Assembly: GCA_000934665.2 (NCBI GenBank)
Contig: KZ537973.1
Coordinates: forward strand, 124,001-188,000
Origin: Catajapyx aquilonaris
Lineage: Eukaryota
Length of the DNA: 64,000 nt
Direction: 5' to 3'
The translations under genes and the position numbers were made by a program. The notes under the pieces were generated by a model, which worked only from the letters and a program-made list of their open reading frames with translations, had not been told where the DNA came from and ran no database searches. Positions 26,338 through 38,100 of this stretch are shown here, piece by piece. Position 1 is the first letter of the stretch. The number at the start of each line of letters is the position of its first letter.

Positions 26338-26710
26338 CAGGTTGAGAATCCTTTATCCGAAATTCCGATATCCGAAAACCTCCAAAATCCGAAAGTTTTT
26401 TGAGTGCTGACATGACGCATCACAAATGGAAAATTCCATGTGAGTGTGACATAACTAGCGTCATTACGTGCATCTTCAAATAGTTAAAAATATTTAAAAT
26501 GTATATGAAACTACCTGCAGGGTTTATGTATAACATCTATTAAGAAAAATGTAAATAGATATTGTGTGTTAAGGCATTTATCCCATCACAAATCTGTCCC
26601 ATTTTATACACATGCTAATATATTCGTACATATATTCCGAAATCCTGAAAAATCAGAATTCCGAAAAACTGTTGGTCCCAAGAATATTACGGATAAAGGA
26701 TTCTCGACTT
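26338..26710. mobile_element. pogo/Tigger-family MITE resembling Tigger4 (Zombi/MER46)
   Basis: TIRs CAGGTTGAGAATCCTTTATCCG / CGGATAAAGGATTCTCGAC, subterminal TCCGAAA repeats, TA at the right end. Confidence 0.75.
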
Positions 26711-26911
26711 TATTAAATGTTGCACATTCTATCGAACAACATTGTACTCGTAGTAACACGTACATAATTTTGGAACCTGTGCCTGATTATTCTTTGGTGG
26801 GAAAGTTAAAACACATAAATTAATAATTAACTGCAGTTTATTAGGCTGAAGTACTGTACATGAACCGGTCGCTGTCGGGTGTCCGCAACATTACTGCACA
26901 CAATCAGGAAT

Positions 26912-27524
26912 TTACAGGGCTTCGCAGAAAAAGGTGTAATTCTTATTGCAAATACTAGCTCCCCACTGAAACTTATTCACACTATACATTGCCATGCAAG
27001 GGTATTTAGAAGTCTCTCTTGGTTCCCCTGGAAGCCAGTCAGAGTATGCTAGTGGTGCCAGGTTAGACTGCCAGTAGAAAGTTTGCAAGTCTCCCAGAGC
27101 GTGAGCGCCTAAGTAAACCAATCCTTGCACCTGTTCTGGAGGCGAAATTTGAATCAGCCTCAACGAAAGTCATTAAAATGCATATTGGTATTTGGACATG
27201 CACTTACGGTTCTGCAGGTACTGCTTGACGTCTGCACCTTCGACGGGGTCGTCGACGGTAAGGAGGTGTCCCCCAAACCTCCTGCACAACTCGCTGGCCC
27301 TGAACCAGTTTGTCAACAGATTGTCATTTCCGCTGAAGTAGTAGCACCCTGAACTCAGGGGGAAGAAAGGGTGCTTGCAGGGCGCAGCGTCTGTAACATT
27401 ACAACAGATGCTCTTGTTATGGTAAGGATTTGCGTGCTGCATGCCGGTGCTTACCTTCGCTTTTAGATGTTGCAGAAGCCACCAGTAACACAGCAGAGAG
27501 CACACGCAGCAGTGTATTCTTCAT
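26912..27524 (-). CDS. Secreted C-type lectin, copy B3 (158 aa; EPR motif)
   Basis: Exons 27524-27455 (MKNTLLRVLSAVLLVASATSKSE), 27390-27208 and 27135-26912, in frame. Confidence 0.9.
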
Positions 27525-28294
27525 TGTGATGTTTGCAGGGCTGTAAAGGGGCTCTCATAGCAATAAGTGTACCTGTCATGATGTACACCTTTCCTATCTC
27601 AGATATAGAGAAAACCTTGGTGCAATCTAATCGATTACGGACGAGTATTGTGAAGATAGTTTTCCCAATCAACACACTGATTTAGATTATGAAATAGAGA
27701 TTCTCACCTACGTACGGTGAGACAATGAGCACATAACGGTGACCTTTTCATTAGGTGTGAAACTAATGGTATGTAGGTCACATATGTGTGAAAATGTCCG
27801 TGACTATTTCAGTTTAGAAAATCTGTGTCCATACTAGTGATCTTTCATTTTCGTGAGAGAAATGCATTAACTTTCTGTTTCATAATTTTCGTGGCAATTG
27901 CATATTGTGGTTGCAATTAATTCTACACTCTATTAAAGAGTTTTATCGCGATTTAAATGGTTCCGATTATACCATTTGCATCAGCCACCGGCAGAGTACG
28001 CACCAGTTCAATATCGAAATTTTCTTGCTTATCGTATACTGCACATGCACAAGTACACCCACAAGTGAGGGTGTGCAGCATTACATACAGTACCGTACAC
28101 TGTGCTTACTCCGGAGGAAATTCTTTTCTTTTTTTTTTTTTGCTCCTGCGGGTTATACTCCCCGTTGAACAAGCGTGCGGTGGCCTACAAGCCAGGATGA
28201 AGGAGCCGCTCAGTGCACTGTACTGTACTGTACACTACAGTACTGTATAATTGTGTGTGTTACAATGTACCGAATAACCAGCGCGCTGCCCAGT

Positions 28295-28405
28295 GTGTGC
28301 AGCAGTATTTTACAATATTAGTGTGCAGCAGTATTTTACAATATTAGTGTGCAGCAGTATTTTACAATATTAGTGTGCAGCAGTATTTTACAATATTAGT
28401 GTGCA
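28295..28405. repeat. Minisatellite, 26-bp unit x4.3
   Basis: Exact tandem copies of gtgtgcagcagtattttacaatatta. Confidence 0.95.
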
Positions 28406-29999
28406 TTCTGTAATAACAATGCTGAAAGTGTGAATTAATGTATATTATTGGGAATACTAGCGGAAAGTCAGGAGACATTCGACATTACAATACAGTTAAA
28501 AAATACTTGAAAGTGCATAATTTGACAAAACTGATGAAAATATTCTGATTAAAATCATTAGACGTGAATGAGACTGTTCATTCCGGAAAAATGCATATTT
28601 TTAAAGAAGAGTCGAGGTTATAAAGTAACAACGACACTTACTGGCCCTATTCAAGCATTTGCACTAAATAGCCTAACAATATAGAGTCGATTTCGCCTAA
28701 ATTCATTAGGCTAAAATATACTGGCAATGTGCATTTACCCAATGCATTTAAAATGTACAAATATTTGGGTCATTTTTCACATTGTTCTCCGCTTTTTTGC
28801 CATGGAAGCGGAATAGAGCAACAACAACATTGTAGCTATATTAACTAATCAAAGCATCAGTTAGAAGACATTCCTCATGTACCAAGACGCTTCTCCGACT
28901 TTCTGATCATGTTTATTTATTTATTTATTTTAGTTACCCCGTGATAACCTCTACCGGTACTTTATGATCATGTAAAACTATCGATGTTAGTTTGAATCTA
29001 TTTTCTTCCCCCCTGCAGTTAGACTACTTCTTACCCACATTAACTGGACAATTCAGACTCATGCAGAGCTCCATCGGAATGTGATCATTGTTATGCTTTG
29101 ATTGCGTTCTTTACCATTGTTTTGGCTGATTTACTTCGCACTTGGAAAAATACGGGATGGCAACGAGGACAACTACTGGGCAGCATTGGTGGGACATCTG
29201 CTGAGCAACTGGTATACTCTGCCGGCGCCATTGAGACGGGCGGCACAAAGTGCCCTCTGCTGCCATCTTCACGCAACTCATGGCATCCACGGCGGGACTT
29301 TGAAGAATCCCAGCCGCATGTACAAATTGCCATCCCTAATAATTACACGCACGCTATGCAAATGTGCAACTACCCCAAGCCTACCGGAACTTGTAAAAAT
29401 GCAATAGAAAATATGGCTAGTCCAAAACAAAGGGTCAGCTGCTTCGTCGTCGTCACTTCCTGCAAGGGCTGCAACACTGCCAGCTGTTGCATTTCCTGCT
29501 CTGGTAACTTTTTTCCTGGTTCGCTGGACATCAAGAATTTCTTCAGCCCCGATTAGCAGAGGAAGGTGATCAACTGAAAAGCGACGATAATTATATAGCC
29601 TGATATAAGACAAACAATAGTGTTCATTACTTACTACTTGTAAATCAATTATATATCTCATTCGATTCGCTCTGTAATCTACATGATTGTACAGTATTTC
29701 CACTCTGGGTATTTCTCATGAGTTTCAATGAATTCTGCCTCGATTGTAATGATTTCCGGAGCATACGTAACAGGCAAAAATTTTTACATTACGTACGACT
29801 TGTTTCCATATGATATAACATATCCGTAGATTTAAACTGAATCTACTTTGTATGCGATTATGTCGGATTTCATACAGCACATTCCCTGGACTCCTTCAGA
29901 TTTTCCATGTGTTTTTTCGAGATTACGAGTTCCGTGTATATAGGCTAGGTATGTATATACCCGGCTGTTGGATGTCGGCCCACTGCACTGCCAGGAGTT

Positions 30000-30636
30000 G
30001 ATTAAGTGATGCACATGTGTGTCAGTGTTGGGTTTGGCCGGGGTGGTGTGGGTGGTAGGGGGGTTTGGGTGGGTGTTGCGCTTGAGGGTCAGTCCCCCCT
30101 CTCCCTCTCTTCCCACTACCCCTTCTCCCCCACCCTATCCCTGAGCTCCCAAACCCTGATCCATCCCGGCAGTAGTAGCTCGGCAGTGAGCGTGCGCGAG
30201 CGGCGCTCCCATTTCCAGGAGTGGAATCGCCGAGTGCGGAAGGAAGGAAGGAAGGAAAAGGGAAAGAGAGAGAGAGGGAGAGAGAGAGAGGGGGGAAGAG
30301 AGAGGGAAAGGGGGGAAAAGGGTTTGGGTTGGTGTTTGGCGCCATGGCTGCCGGTTCAGGTGAAAGAAGTGCAGGAAGCGCCGCTAGGAGGTGAAGGGCC
30401 TTGCACCACCCTATACTAGAGAGGTCAAGGTGCGACCTGCTATAGGGAGGGCCTGGAGTGCAGTGCGGGTTGCCCTCCCCCTGCGGGGCCGTACCCATGT
30501 GCGGGCTTGGTGTCGGGAGTGGTGATACCGGTGATGTCTGTGTGATCCCTGGTGGTGTCGGTTTAGTGAGTGGTGACTGCGCGGATCGGAAGGAGAAGTG
30601 GAGACTTTGTCCTCAGCCCGGACCCATGTGTCCCAG
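30000..30636 (+). promoter_or_regulatory. Probable promoter and first exon region of bruchpilot
   Basis: GC-rich island with CT/GA tracts, ending in a good donor CCCAG|gtaacc at 30636, upstream of the brp coding exons. Confidence 0.4.
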
Positions 30637-32765
30637 GTAACCCATTTTTGGACTACTTGCTCCCAATAGTGGGAAAAAGGGGCATTTTACATTGATCGAT
30701 TTGCCGTGCTGTGTGTGGGGTTGAATTGGGGCAAATAGGGAAGCAAATGGTCTTGTTCTCTGCTTGCCCCATCATACACTTTCATTGGTATTGGAAATGA
30801 TTCTGCCGGCATGTATGGTGCGGGTGGCATACCCTTGGCAGCACCTGCCCGCAGAAGCCGGTTTGATGTATTGTGGGAGCGGTGTTGGGCTGCTAATCCG
30901 CCAACTTGCTGCTGTGTACTACAATGTTGCAAAGTGAGATCAATGAGCCCGCCCGACTACAGGGTGATTCGGAAAGTGCCGGCATCACTCCAGCGTGCGG
31001 GGGTCTGTTTCAGATGGCGAATTTTGCGCACTAAGCTGTTTTTAAATAAGTAGTCACTATATGTGAGTTGCTTACTGTTATTTTCATGTCCCGTTACATT
31101 CGTCTGGGGAAAAACATTATTCTCATCCCAAAGTAGGTGACAATAGAAAGAATTGAAAATAATATTTTATAACGAGTCATTGATCAGTAGGTTAATAGCA
31201 TGTGATTACAGATAATAATAACACTGTACGTAGAGAGTCAGCGAGTTAACGCAAGTTAATAATAACAAATTAAAATAACGACTAAAATATAAAAATGGTA
31301 AAAAAGACATTAACTGTGACTTCACCTACAGTTCGTACCTCTTTGCCATAAAAACAGAATATATCTGGTGCAACTGAGTTTTTAAAAATCTATACCGGTA
31401 TATTCCACGATGAACCATACAGTACAGTGTTATGATGGAACTATGGCCACATTTTTATAGCACTTTTTAATACTGCAATTACTTTCAGGAGTGAGCATAC
31501 GGTACATTTTATAATTCAATGATTAGTAGGATGCAATGATTCCTCTATGAGCTCAATTGCAAATTGATTTTCAGTTGGGAAATGGTGTAATTCGACAAGT
31601 AATTAGAACCGCATATCAATTAAATGTCGTATAATTAATTTCATTAATTAAATCATAAGCAAAATAAATCAAATAGTAAATCGTGGCAGACTAGTAGATC
31701 CCCTCACAGAGGCTTCCAATCATTTAAATACGATGCTTCCATTGCCCTAATAATTAACACGCATTATTTTGCAACTTATGAAGGTAAACTGGATACAAAA
31801 AATACACTCAGTGCGAAAATTTTGCCAACATTTAGTAGGAACAAGCTGCAGAGTTGGCGTCTGCTTGTAAACAGCTACAGTACTGGCTATATATTGTGTG
31901 AAATTTTTGTGCTAATTAGGAGCCCTCTACACGCTTCAGGCCCTTGTACAGAGTGAGTAGACGCTTAGTGCGTGAAAGCTGCTTATGTACGCTTAAACAG
32001 ATACTGTACGTTGAGTAAAACAGATGCGTTACCGGTACTGCTTTTGTCGTGGTTCTAATGAGGATCGGGCCTTACGGGGTCAGTGATGCGATATTAGCAG
32101 ATTATGTTTTAAATATGTATTTGTCACAAAAAGAATTGTCTAAATAAGCAGCTTAGTGCAAAAATCGCTCATTTCATTAGGAACACTGTATAATTTTTCA
32201 AATTTGTGAAAACTGAATTCAATGCAACTTGTGTCTGTTTGCACACAATGCTACTCGCTGCATCACCCTGTCGGGCATGACCTGTGAAAATAAGCAACGG
32301 ACGCGAACAAACGGGCACAAGCTGGAACATGTCAGATCGATTCGGACTCGTATGTCCAACGTGTTCGTGTCCAGTTTGGAGGCAAAAAAAATTGGGCAAT
32401 CAACGGGACGAGACACATACTGTAATATGCTGGAACAGTTTGGGCCTCATGTGGCTCAAATAATTAACTTACCCTACTTTGACAGCTGAGTTTTAAGTGG
32501 CAATTACGCTGGCAGCCTTGGCCATCCGGGAGGCCATATCCTGGGGACATAGACTTGTCCATTCCGTGTCGTGCCGTTCCATCCTGTGTGTCCAGTTTGT
32601 TCGTGTCTTTACACTTCTCGCGAACATTTTGCCCCAAGTTGTTGCTGTGTGTGAAGTATATGATACGGAGTTTCCAAAGAGCGTGTGTCATTGCAGTTAT
32701 CGCAGTTGACCAGCCCCGGCCCAACCGCCTGTTGAACACATTGAATTGATAGGGGTCACAGCACC

Positions 32766-33289
32766 CGAGGAAACTGGATCCGGTCCGGACCCGGTCCATT
32801 ATTTGATTGGTTTGGCCAGGCACAGCAAACCCGCAACCGTCTTTCTGCATGTCGACAACAACTGCCTTCCATGTTGGATTTTGAAACTCTGGGTTGGGGT
32901 TTCCGCTTTTCTGATGAAATTAGCAGGAGCTGTCAACAACAGGTAACCGCTGAAAACCTGAGAGCGCTTACCTAGTAATTGCAATTATACTACGAATTTT
33001 AAACGTTCTTAATGAGATCACCATAGTTGACGTTATACGAAGCGATTGAAGACCTGAAATTAAGATTATATAATCACAGCCTTATTTTGATACACGAGGA
33101 TTGACACAAATTGCAGTGTACCTATTATATTTTTAAATATAATTTAAACAATGCATATTTTGCTCCCAGAAAATTGACTTGAAATATTTTCACTAATGCT
33201 TATACCTCAATCCATGCTACTTTAGCAAATGGAACATTGGCCTACCGATCAAATTGTGGACCTGGTCCAGACCGGGTCCTGTTTCCTCG
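32766..33289. mobile_element. Unclassified TIR element, about 520 bp
   Basis: cgaggaaactggatccggtccggacccggtccattatttgattgg is the inverted counterpart of ccgatcaaattgtggacctggtccagaccgggtcctgtttcctcg. AT-rich interior. Confidence 0.6.
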
Positions 33290-34101
33290 TCGCGTCGTCG
33301 TTTGAATGAGTTTCTTTGCCGGGTCATGAAGGAGGTGATTCTCCAGGCGATGAGGACTGGTCAAGTGCGGTTCTTTGGAGTTGAGGTAGTTGGGTATAAG
33401 GTAGTGTGTGGACACCCAACCCCCAACCCTTCCTTCCCCCCCCAAACAATGTGCGCAGGGATGTGGCCTCAAGAGTACAAACCATCGGCGGTGGCAGGGG
33501 GTGGCGTGATCAGAGGTCCGTCCTCGCGGCGTGACGAATTTTGGCAACCTGACCTGCTGGACAGCCGTCTCCTGGCCGCCTACCAGCAGCAACATCGCCA
33601 ACAGCAACAGCAACGACAGCAGCTGATCAACCGGTCTGCTGCCTTCAACCTGTCCCACAGCCTGAGTCCGCTGGTCCCAAGGAGGAGCCACCAGCTGCAC
33701 CAGCAGAGACCTCGGTCCAGCAACAGTTCCCCTCTGGGGTTCGTGACCTGCCTCGACCCCGGCGGCTCAGGACGGCATGCCTTGGTGCCCTTTCCGGTAG
33801 TTGATGACCAGCTCTCCTCCTACTCCTGGCCGGCACTCGTACCTAGCTGCCTCGCACCGGGGTTAGTCAATGCACGCGCTCACCAAACCAGTCAGGAAAT
33901 GTGACCATAGATACTGCTTGACCTCTCCCACCACTTGTAGGTTGGCCCGGATGGCTGGGTCGCTCCTTGGAGTGACCTGGTCCCCGGGCGCGCACCCAGT
34001 GTTGTGGCTTTGGTGTGTCTCAATCCATTTTGTTGTGTGTTTCGTGTGTGTGGAGGTCACTTTAGTGTCGGACTGACCCAATGCGGTCACTCTTGTTGCA
34101 G

Positions 34102-34451
34102 GGTGTGCCGCACTCAATGTCGGCGGGGTCATTCGGCGGCGGAGGGGTCAGTGGCGTCGTGGGCGGCGGTGGCTACTACGACGACCTAGGAAGCCCTGGG
34201 GTCATGGAGCACATGGACAGGAGAGGGGTGGTGGGACCGGGAGGCGGAGGAGTCGGGGGAGGAGGTGGAGGGGTCGGGGGAGGAGGCGGGGGCGGAGGTC
34301 ACCATCGATCCAGGTCAGCGACCCGATCGACGGCCATGTCCCGCTACCACTCCATAGACAAGGCTGACCCTCACGAGAGAGAGTTTGTACCCATCAGGGA
34401 ACCCAGGGAGAGGTCACTAGATCGAGGGATGGACCTGGGTCACCACAGAAG
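34102..34451 (+). CDS. brp: bruchpilot / ELKS-CAST active-zone protein, N-terminal coding exon
   Basis: ttgcag|GGT...AG|gtaaaa. HHRSRSATR..RYHSID..DPHEREFVPIREPRERSLDRG matches the insect Brp N-terminus (HHRSRSASR, DPHDREFIPIREPRDRS). Confidence 0.88.
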
Positions 34452-34807
34452 GTAAAATTGTTTGCCAAATTCACTAGAGATTATCACTCGCATACAATGT
34501 TCGAGTGTTTTTCCACTCGATTTGAGTGATTTTCGCCTACTTAATTTGATTCCCACTCTTTTTGAGTGGAAATAACTCCATCAGTTTCGCTCAAAATAAT
34601 TTTGCTCAATTTGAGTGGTTTTCCGCTCGAATTAGAGTGAAATGTTCACTTATTTTCAGCGAATCGCTCAAGTGATCGATTGATTTTCCACTCGATTCGA
34701 GTTAAAGTAAATATTTGCGTAGTGAAATTCGCTCAGTAGACATTTGCACTCGAAAATCTGAAGAGAGACACTTGAATCACATGATGTGTTCTCTTTGTGT
34801 GAAATAG

Positions 34808-35171
34808 GGAGCGTTCGATGGAGCGCGGATACCTGGAGGACGAGCTGTACGCGCCGCGTGACCCCCACGGCCTGTCTAGGGGCACACGCCACTCGCCCAA
34901 CCCGGACGCGATGACCATGAAGCACGCCAATATGGGACGAGCGGACACCTACATGATTGAGCTCCAACACTCCAACGCGGAGATGTCCAAGGAGCTAGCA
35001 AACTTCAAGAAGGAGCTGGACCTGACCAACCAGAAGCTGGGCTCCAGTATGCACAGCATCAAGACCTTCTGGAGCCCAGAGCTCAAAAAGGAGAGGGCGC
35101 TCAGGAAGGAAGAGTCGGCCAAGTACTCGCTCATCAACGACCAGCTCAAGCTACTCAACTCCGAGAACCAG
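34808..35171 (+). CDS. brp: bruchpilot / ELKS-CAST coding exon (gene continues beyond window)
   Basis: In-frame phase-2 join. Contains the ELKS/CAST signature KLGSSMHSIKTFWSPELKKERALRKEESAKYSLINDQLKLL. Donor CAG|gtaagg. Confidence 0.95.
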
Positions 35172-38100
35172 GTAAGGAGATGCTGCAAAAGTGACATATA
35201 TTGTTGTCGTCAAACCCCTTGCACTGCCTGCATGGTCCATCAAAGCAGCACACAGCTTTTGACCTCATCCGTGCAAAAATTTTTATTTAGAAGGATAACA
35301 ACGTTTTAAAGCAAATTTGAAACATTTCGAGCTCGAATATTGTGATCAGCATGCAGGGGACGCGACTTAATTGGGCTTACATTGATTTTAATGTTGTTTT
35401 TTTTTTTGATTGGCGTTGACACCACTTGACATGTGTGACAGTGGAACAAGAACTGTAAGCGAAATGTCCGTAGGTGCGAACACGATGATATGGGCACGTT
35501 GGGAATTGACCTTTTCCGGCGCGAAAGGTCAAGAACCCTCGAGGCATGCAGGGAGGCAATCAATCCCCCTCCCCTTTTTTGATCGAGCAATGTTACAGTC
35601 AAGGAGAGAGACCCTGATTGACCATTATTGGAGGACAAAAGGCTGGATGTTGCACCCGCTCTGTCGCTCAATCGCACTCCACATACTCTTGCACATTGTT
35701 GTGTTTAGTTGCGCACATACATGCCCATCAATCGAAAAAACGAGAGGAAATGGAAACGATTTGGTGTCATATCATCAGTTGATATGTGACGTCACAACTG
35801 GGTTTTTTTCCAGTTTTGTGACGTCACGTCTCCAGTTTATACGAGGGTGGGTCATAAAAATTATGTGTTTGATCTGTGACGTCCCAGTGGGGGTCTTTGA
35901 GGCTGCACCATGACGTCGCATCCTGCCTATAAAAATGAATCTTCGAGCATATGACAGCAGGAATCAACTAATGCATAGCGATGCTGGTTTTTAGTGGGTG
36001 GGGAATCTGGCAAACACCGTCCCCCTCATCTTGGATTCATGCCCACCAATCGCTTGCCTCCATTAATATTTTTTGGAGACTCTGAATGCCTCTGGAAAAC
36101 CCCCTGCACATCCTCTAGGCACGATTGTTGTTGTGTAACCGCATCACATTTTCTGCATGGTATGGTTTGAATGGGACCAGTAAAATTTTTTATATCATCA
36201 AGTGTTGTGAGAATTTGATCGGTTTGTCTGGTTACCTCCCATCACTTTCCCCTCACTTTTTTTCATCCATTTGCCATGGCACCTAACAACCGTTGTTTTC
36301 TTTTCCGCGGGTTTTTCTGATTGGGTTACTCGGGCCTCGAAAAGGAGGCCTCCGGGTGTTGACTCCTTCCAGCGAGTGATGTTTAATTGGCGCTATTGAT
36401 CCGGGTATAGGCTGCCAAGCTATCAATATCAAGGGCACTAGAATTAGGTCGATTGTGACTGCGCAACATACGGTGATTCATCGGGTTACCCCCACCAATC
36501 TGCCAATAGGGTTCTTGACTCTGGCTAGATTATAACACTGATCTAATCAATCCAACTCGGAGTGCCGAAATAAACTCATAATCGTTGAAGAATTAGCTGT
36601 AATTGTTAATTGCATTGTCGTACATTTTGGCAGGTTTTCCCCCTTCCAATTCGGTTTTCCCTCAGTACGTCTGATGTCATAACTTGCGGAACTTTAGTCC
36701 GGATCAACAGTCCGAAACCTGTCACATTTCTGGGATACTCGAAAAGGGCGGGAAACCGCGGATTGTCCGGGAGGATAACTTCTCCGGTTTATTTATAGGT
36801 GGTTTTCTTCCTCACCCGTAAAGTTCGCGGAGGGGTTTTTCTCAGGGTCTTGCGAAGGCCGTTAATTCAGGGCGACACGCCATTTCCACCCGAATTAAAG
36901 ATGAGACCCGGAGTAAGGAAGCGGGCCCCGCTGAATACCAACCGGAGTGTAGGGGGGGGGGGGGGGTCGAAATTGGGGGGTGGGAAGGGAGGATGTATAT
37001 AAGAAAAAATATAAAAAAAAGTTTGACAAATTGCTTTCGTTGGGTTCAGGAGTTTAAGCTTCTGGATAGGACCAGGATCGATATAAACCAGGATTAGGAG
37101 ACCGGCACCCAAATTGCGGGGGTGTCATTTGGCTCTGGAAAATCATTGGTCAGGATTGGACTACAGTGTGAATTTTTTTTGCAGTGAGATATTGTAGGAG
37201 AGAAAATAATTTCGTGGATTCTAGAAATTTTTTGGCAGTTCGATTTTACGACAATACATCAGCCTGCGACTGCTCTTTAAACAAAGCCTATTTTCGATAT
37301 TAAATATATTGATTATGGAATCAGTGGCTCAGACTCCTCTGAATCTTCACGCCACACAGTGGTCCCTTCCAACGCTTCCGAGTGATCTGCTAGACACATC
37401 CAATCGAAAAATCCCCAGAAAGAGAAAGAAGGGAAGAAAAAGAGCTGGAGGCAGCTGCAGAATCTCCTCCAGACAACAAAGCTATCCGGGTGTGGATTAG
37501 AAAAAAAGGAGTGATCTGTTTTGTCTCAGCCTCCGGGGACGTGGCAATCCGGGATTGGCCCCCGCGCCAGTCCAAGCACTCTTCACACCTGACCTGGAGA
37601 CCAATCCGGACTGTTGTGTTTGCGGATCAAAAAGAGGTCTCTCTCCAGGGGACACACACTCCCTGGACTGCTACAAAAACAAGGGACAGGTCGACCCTGG
37701 ATTGCATTTCCAGGCATAGATCATGGATGAGCTAGCTAGGACTGGAGAGGCGGGGGCTGACAAACTACGTGCGGAATTTTCTGGGCCTAAGGGGACAAAT
37801 TTTGCTCCAGTTGGAACTCGCGCAGTCTGTCAACCGAAGAGAAATGTTTCAAATTCCTGCCTCAGACGCTGCTGCTACATCACTCTATACTGCCCTCCAT
37901 ACTGCCATCCGATTTTGCTTGATTCAAACACCCTGCTGCGATATAAATTTGAATATATTCCAAGGATTCGCAATGGAATCAGTGAAAACCATCATCTGAA
38001 CGAATATTTTAGAAATCACCACTTCAGGCAATATAATTGACGTCAGGTATTTTAACCAATTCTGCCCATTCCACCTCTTGAGAGCTCGCAGAATTGATTC

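Noticed and set aside
28295..28405. 26-bp direct repeats as a CRISPR array
   Set aside because: No spacers, head-to-tail tandem, eukaryotic context.
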